Positions 29,576 through 32,000 of a stretch of DNA of 32,000 bases are shown here, piece after piece. Source of the DNA: Archaeoglobus fulgidus DSM 4304 (lineage in GTDB: Archaea; Halobacteriota; Archaeoglobi; Archaeoglobales; Archaeoglobaceae); contig NC_000917.1 of the NCBI RefSeq assembly GCF_000008665.1, positions 1,350,001 through 1,382,000 of the forward strand. The letters run 5' to 3'. The position numbers and the translations under genes are program-made. Each line of letters starts with the position of its first letter. Positions within the stretch are counted from its first letter, which is position 1. The notes below the pieces were generated by a model. The model saw nothing but the letters and a program-made list of their open reading frames with translations. It was not told where the DNA came from and did no database searches.

Positions 29576-30892
29576 CTACTGCAATCCCTCTACGTATTTC
29601 ATAAGCTCTTCTTCCGATAACTTAACAAAGCGGTTGTACATCTCCCTTATCTTCTCAACTGGGCTTAGCTCAACCTGATAGAGGTTGATTACTCCAAGGA
29701 GGTCATCTTTTTCTATCTTTCCATCAAAAAGCGGTAAAAAGATTGCCTCATCGACCTTCCCCCCCTCTTCAACTCTCCAGGGCAAATCAGATACAAGGTC
29801 GATGAGCACTCCATCAGAGTGGCGCATGATCTCCATTGGATAGACGATCGTGTTTGCTGGAATTTTTATTTTCTTTATTTTAACTCTAACTGGCTTGTTT
29901 TTAGTAAGCTCCTTGTCCTCTGCTGCGACGACAACTTCCCACCTCGCTACAGGGCTCCTATGGTAGCCAAAAGGAGGGAGATGCACCTTCTTTCTAATGA
30001 TTTTTTCTTCCTTCCTGTAAACCAGGGTAAAATCCTGAGGCTCTTTGGTTGCAATCAGCGGCTCGAGTTTCTTTAAACCAACGTAGTAAACATTGATAAC
30101 ACCCAGTAAATCCCCCCTCTTTATTTCCCCATCATCAACAGCAAGAAATACAGCCTGCTCAATATTCTTTGGCTCCTCAACTCTTCTCGGTTTTCCAAGC
30201 TGCACAACGTCAACTACAACTCCGTAGGGATTTCTGGATATGGAAAGCGGAACGACCACAGTGTTTGGGGGTAACTCAACGTTTCTGATTTTCACTCTCA
30301 AAACATCCCCAGCCCTCACCCCAACATCTTCGTCCGCAACCAGGGGCTCCCAAACTCCCACATGTGTTCTTGTGTACCCAAAAACTTTCGTAGAAATTTT
30401 CTCCCTGTAAATGTTTCCGTCGTCCCTCCACGTAATGTTTGCCTCAACAATCTCTTCCCTCAGCTCAACCTTGGTCGGTTTGAGGTTAAAGAGCCTCGAA
30501 ATTAGGCCCGTTTTTATGAAAAACACCTTCAGAACACCGACTATATCACCCTCCCTTACCACACCATCATCAACAGGGAGAAAAACCACTCTCTGGATGC
30601 ACTTTTCGTCCTCAACCCTCGTCGGTATTCCGCATTCGACGACATCCAGCACGGTGCCAAGAGCGTGTCTCATAATGTGCAGGGGGCCGACCATAGTCCC
30701 CCCGGGAATTGTGAAGGGTCTTACCTCAATAATCTCGGGCTCCCCTTTTTTCACCTCGACGTCATCCATCGCGATCAGCGTCTTCCACTGAGTCAAAGGA
30801 ATGATTCTGTAGCCAAAAGGCTTAAGCTCAACCTTGAGGCTACCCCTCTCACCCCCAACCTCGTCTGTCCAGTACTTCATCTTTACGGCCAT
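29576..30892 (-). CDS. 438-aa soluble protein built from three tandem homologous modules, unknown family
   Basis: An FGY...W...V.....IP..T.V.P..I.R...GV..D.V......RVEE......A.FL...DG.I...D..GV.N.Y pattern recurs three times (FGY at aa 26, 171, 308). A GGTGG SD precedes the ATG, and a TATA-rich box lies at about 30931-30950. Confidence 0.8.
   Translation of the reverse strand: MAVKMKYWTDEVGGERGSLKVELKPFGYRIIPLTQWKTLIAMDDVEVKKGEPEIIEVRPFTIPGGTMVGPLHIMRHALGTVLDVVECGIPTRVEDEKCIQRVVFLPVDDGVVREGDIVGVLKVFFIKTGLISRLFNLKPTKVELREEIVEANITWRDDGNIYREKISTKVFGYTRTHVGVWEPLVADEDVGVRAGDVLRVKIRNVELPPNTVVVPLSISRNPYGVVVDVVQLGKPRRVEEPKNIEQAVFLAVDDGEIKRGDLLGVINVYYVGLKKLEPLIATKEPQDFTLVYRKEEKIIRKKVHLPPFGYHRSPVARWEVVVAAEDKELTKNKPVRVKIKKIKIPANTIVYPMEIMRHSDGVLIDLVSDLPWRVEEGGKVDEAIFLPLFDGKIEKDDLLGVINLYQVELSPVEKIREMYNRFVKLSEEELMKYVEGLQ
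29669..30031 (-). repeat. Intragenic protein repeat 3 (aa 288-408)
   Basis: FTLVYRKE...PFGYHRSPVARW...IPANTIVYPMEIMRHSDGVLIDLV...RVEEGGKVDEAIFLPLFDGKIEKDDLLGVINLYQV. Confidence 0.7.
30077..30442 (-). repeat. Intragenic protein repeat 2 (aa 151-272)
   Basis: ANITWRDD...VFGYTRTHVGVW...LPPNTVVVPLSISRNPYGVVVDVV...RVEEPKNIEQAVFLAVDDGEIKRGDLLGVINVYYV. Confidence 0.7.
30512..30877 (-). repeat. Intragenic protein repeat 1 (aa 6-127)
   Basis: KYWTDE...PFGYRIIPLTQW...IPGGTMVGPLHIMRHALGTVLDVV...RVEDEKCIQRVVFLPVDDGVVREGDIVGVLKVFFI. Confidence 0.7.
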
Positions 30893-31024
30893 ACAACCAC
30901 CTTTTCAACAATAGATTATGTTAATTTTTTGTTATATATAAATATTTCCTCAACGGAGCGGTACTAACGGGCAAGTGCGTTCACATAATTTCGCAAAGTT
31001 TTTATCTCACTTTTTAACACTTTA

Positions 31025-31444
31025 TCAAAGAAAAACTACGAGCCTCGAAATGAGGTCGAGTGAAACGAAAAGCAGTCCTATCTCTACGCCGAAAACAGAC
31101 ACGGCTACTGGGGCAAGGAAAAGTAGGGCTGCCCTGAAACCTCTTGGAAGCATAGAAAGTGCCGCTGAGCAAGCCGTTTCCCTAAAGCTCAGTTTTCCTG
31201 CCCTGTACATCGCAGATAGTGACGAAATCCCAACTATCGGGTGAATTAAGAATGACGCTATGGCAAATCCGCTTTTCAGCTTTGAGAACCTTATGAGGTT
31301 GTTTATGAACTCACCAACCCTGCTGAACTGGGGGAGGGAAAAGGGGGCGTTTGATAGTATTAGGCTGACAAGCATTATCGGAACTACCTTTGACATTAGC
31401 GTTAGTGTTTGCAGCAGGGCGTAGTTCACGTCCACCCTCCCCAA
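31025..31444 (-). CDS. Membrane protein, possibly nucleoside-recognition (Gate) domain type
   Basis: About 139 aa with 4 hydrophobic segments. AIASFLIHPIVGISSLSAMYRAGKLSFRE recalls Gate-domain proteins. The start is ambiguous: TTG 31444, GTG 31435 or ATG 31396. Confidence 0.4.
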   Translation of the reverse strand: MGRVDVNYALLQTLTLMSKVVPIMLVSLILSNAPFSLPQFSRVGEFINNLIRFSKLKSGFAIASFLIHPIVGISSLSAMYRAGKLSFRETACSAALSMLPRGFRAALLFLAPVAVSVFGVEIGLLFVSLDLISRLVVFL

Positions 31445-31632
31445 TCGCCTTGGGGTTTATTAAGCTTTGAACTCCTGCCGAACTCACAGTTCTTTGACGA
31501 TGGAAAATTACCCCTAACCGCGTCTATACTAAAGGTATTAAGCTTCTACCAAACTCAACTGTAACCAACCCTTTAATCCATTTGCAAAAAGCCTTAAATA
31601 TACTTCCGGTGTCAGTGAGAAGGGGATCGACA

Positions 31633-31926
31633 ATGGGATGGAAGTCACACGGTTTCAGGTTCAAATCGGGAAGAAAGCTCAGAAAGAAGGTCAGGGAAAA
31701 GGGAGTGAGAATCAGGAAGTTCCTTCAGACCTTTGACGTTGGCCAGAGAGTTCACATAGACATCGAGCCCGCATCTCAGAAAGGGATGCCGCATCCAAGA
31801 TTTCAGGGGAGAACTGGTGTCGTGATAGGACAGAGGGGCAGAGCCTACCTCGTGCAGGTTAGGGACGGGGGAAAAATGAAGACCCTGATTGTAAGGCCCG
31901 AGCACCTCAAACCACAGAGTGGTTGA
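31633..31926 (+). CDS. rpl21e: 50S ribosomal protein L21e
   Basis: I trimmed the track start 31582 to ATG 31633 (97 aa). MGWKSHGFRFKSGRKLRK...FDVGQRVHIDIEP...PHPRFQGRTGVV is unmistakably L21e. The TATA cttaaata lies at 31593-31600. Confidence 0.92.
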   Translation: MGWKSHGFRFKSGRKLRKKVREKGVRIRKFLQTFDVGQRVHIDIEPASQKGMPHPRFQGRTGVVIGQRGRAYLVQVRDGGKMKTLIVRPEHLKPQSG

Positions 31927-31927
31927 A

Positions 31928-32000
31928 ATGTTTAAAGAGGTTAGGGATTTTGAATACATCACAATTTCTGAAGCGAAAGAAATAATGGAAGAAATAGCCA
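31928..32000 (+). CDS. rpoF: DNA-directed RNA polymerase subunit F (Rpo4), 5' fragment running off the window
   Basis: The ATG lies 1 nt after the rpl21e stop. MFKEVRDFEYITISEAKEIMEEIA matches the Rpo4/F N-terminus (..YITI.EAKE..). The rpl21e-rpoF order is conserved in archaea. Confidence 0.6.
   Translation, partial: MFKEVRDFEYITISEAKEIMEEIA

Noticed and set aside
31445-31590. Possible ncRNA in the 190-nt gap upstream of rpl21e
   Set aside because: I could find no convincing stem-loops, C/D or H/ACA boxes. The gap contains plausible promoters for the two divergent genes (TATA about 31457-31466 in minus sense; 31593-31600 in plus sense).
1-32000. CRISPR arrays, IS elements, integrases, prophage or plasmid genes, and rRNA
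   Set aside because: I saw no regularly spaced direct repeats, no transposase, integrase or Cas-like ORFs, and no rRNA-like conserved stretches. The composition is uniform apart from AT-rich promoters.

Overview
Gene-dense (about 90% coding) euryarchaeal chromosome segment. It is almost certainly Archaeoglobus fulgidus or a close relative. I base that on memory, not a search: the macro-domain ORF at 24774-25352 reads like the structurally studied Af1521, and an AfpA/Isf/FprA flavoprotein operon lies next to it. I call about 40 CDS and one tRNA-Ser(GGA). I see no rRNA, CRISPR array, transposase, integrase or obvious pseudogene. Recognisable genes include an archaeal histone, cupin-type PGI, archease, aroA, asd, tatC, an AMP-forming acyl-CoA synthetase, tmcA, rpl21e and the start of rpoF. 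Many first genes have a TATA box centred about 26-27 nt upstream of the ATG, which predicts leaderless mRNAs. I used this to trim several ORF-track starts. Internal operon genes use GGAGGTG-type SD sites and ATGA overlaps. The most interesting parts are as follows. (1) 5583-8493: a convergent five-gene cluster of signalling adaptors (Roadblock/LC7, a DUF4388-like protein, a coiled-coil protein with a cradle-loop barrel, a HAMP-only transmembrane receptor and a 68-aa helical protein) with no GTPase, kinase or MCP output encoded. (2) 28023-30892: an operon led by a 438-aa protein made of three tandem repeats of about 120-140 aa from no family I recognise, followed by Usp, TauE/SafE and a small membrane protein. 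(3) tmcA (the ac4C writer) overlapping an ASCH-domain gene (a candidate ac4C eraser), downstream of the macro domain. (4) A Pat-like protein with inverted domain order (GNAT-ACD) next to an AMP-forming acyl-CoA synthetase that keeps the acetylatable lysine. (5) Archease translationally coupled to a DUF763-like protein rather than RtcB. All family assignments come from motif recognition by eye and none has been verified by search.
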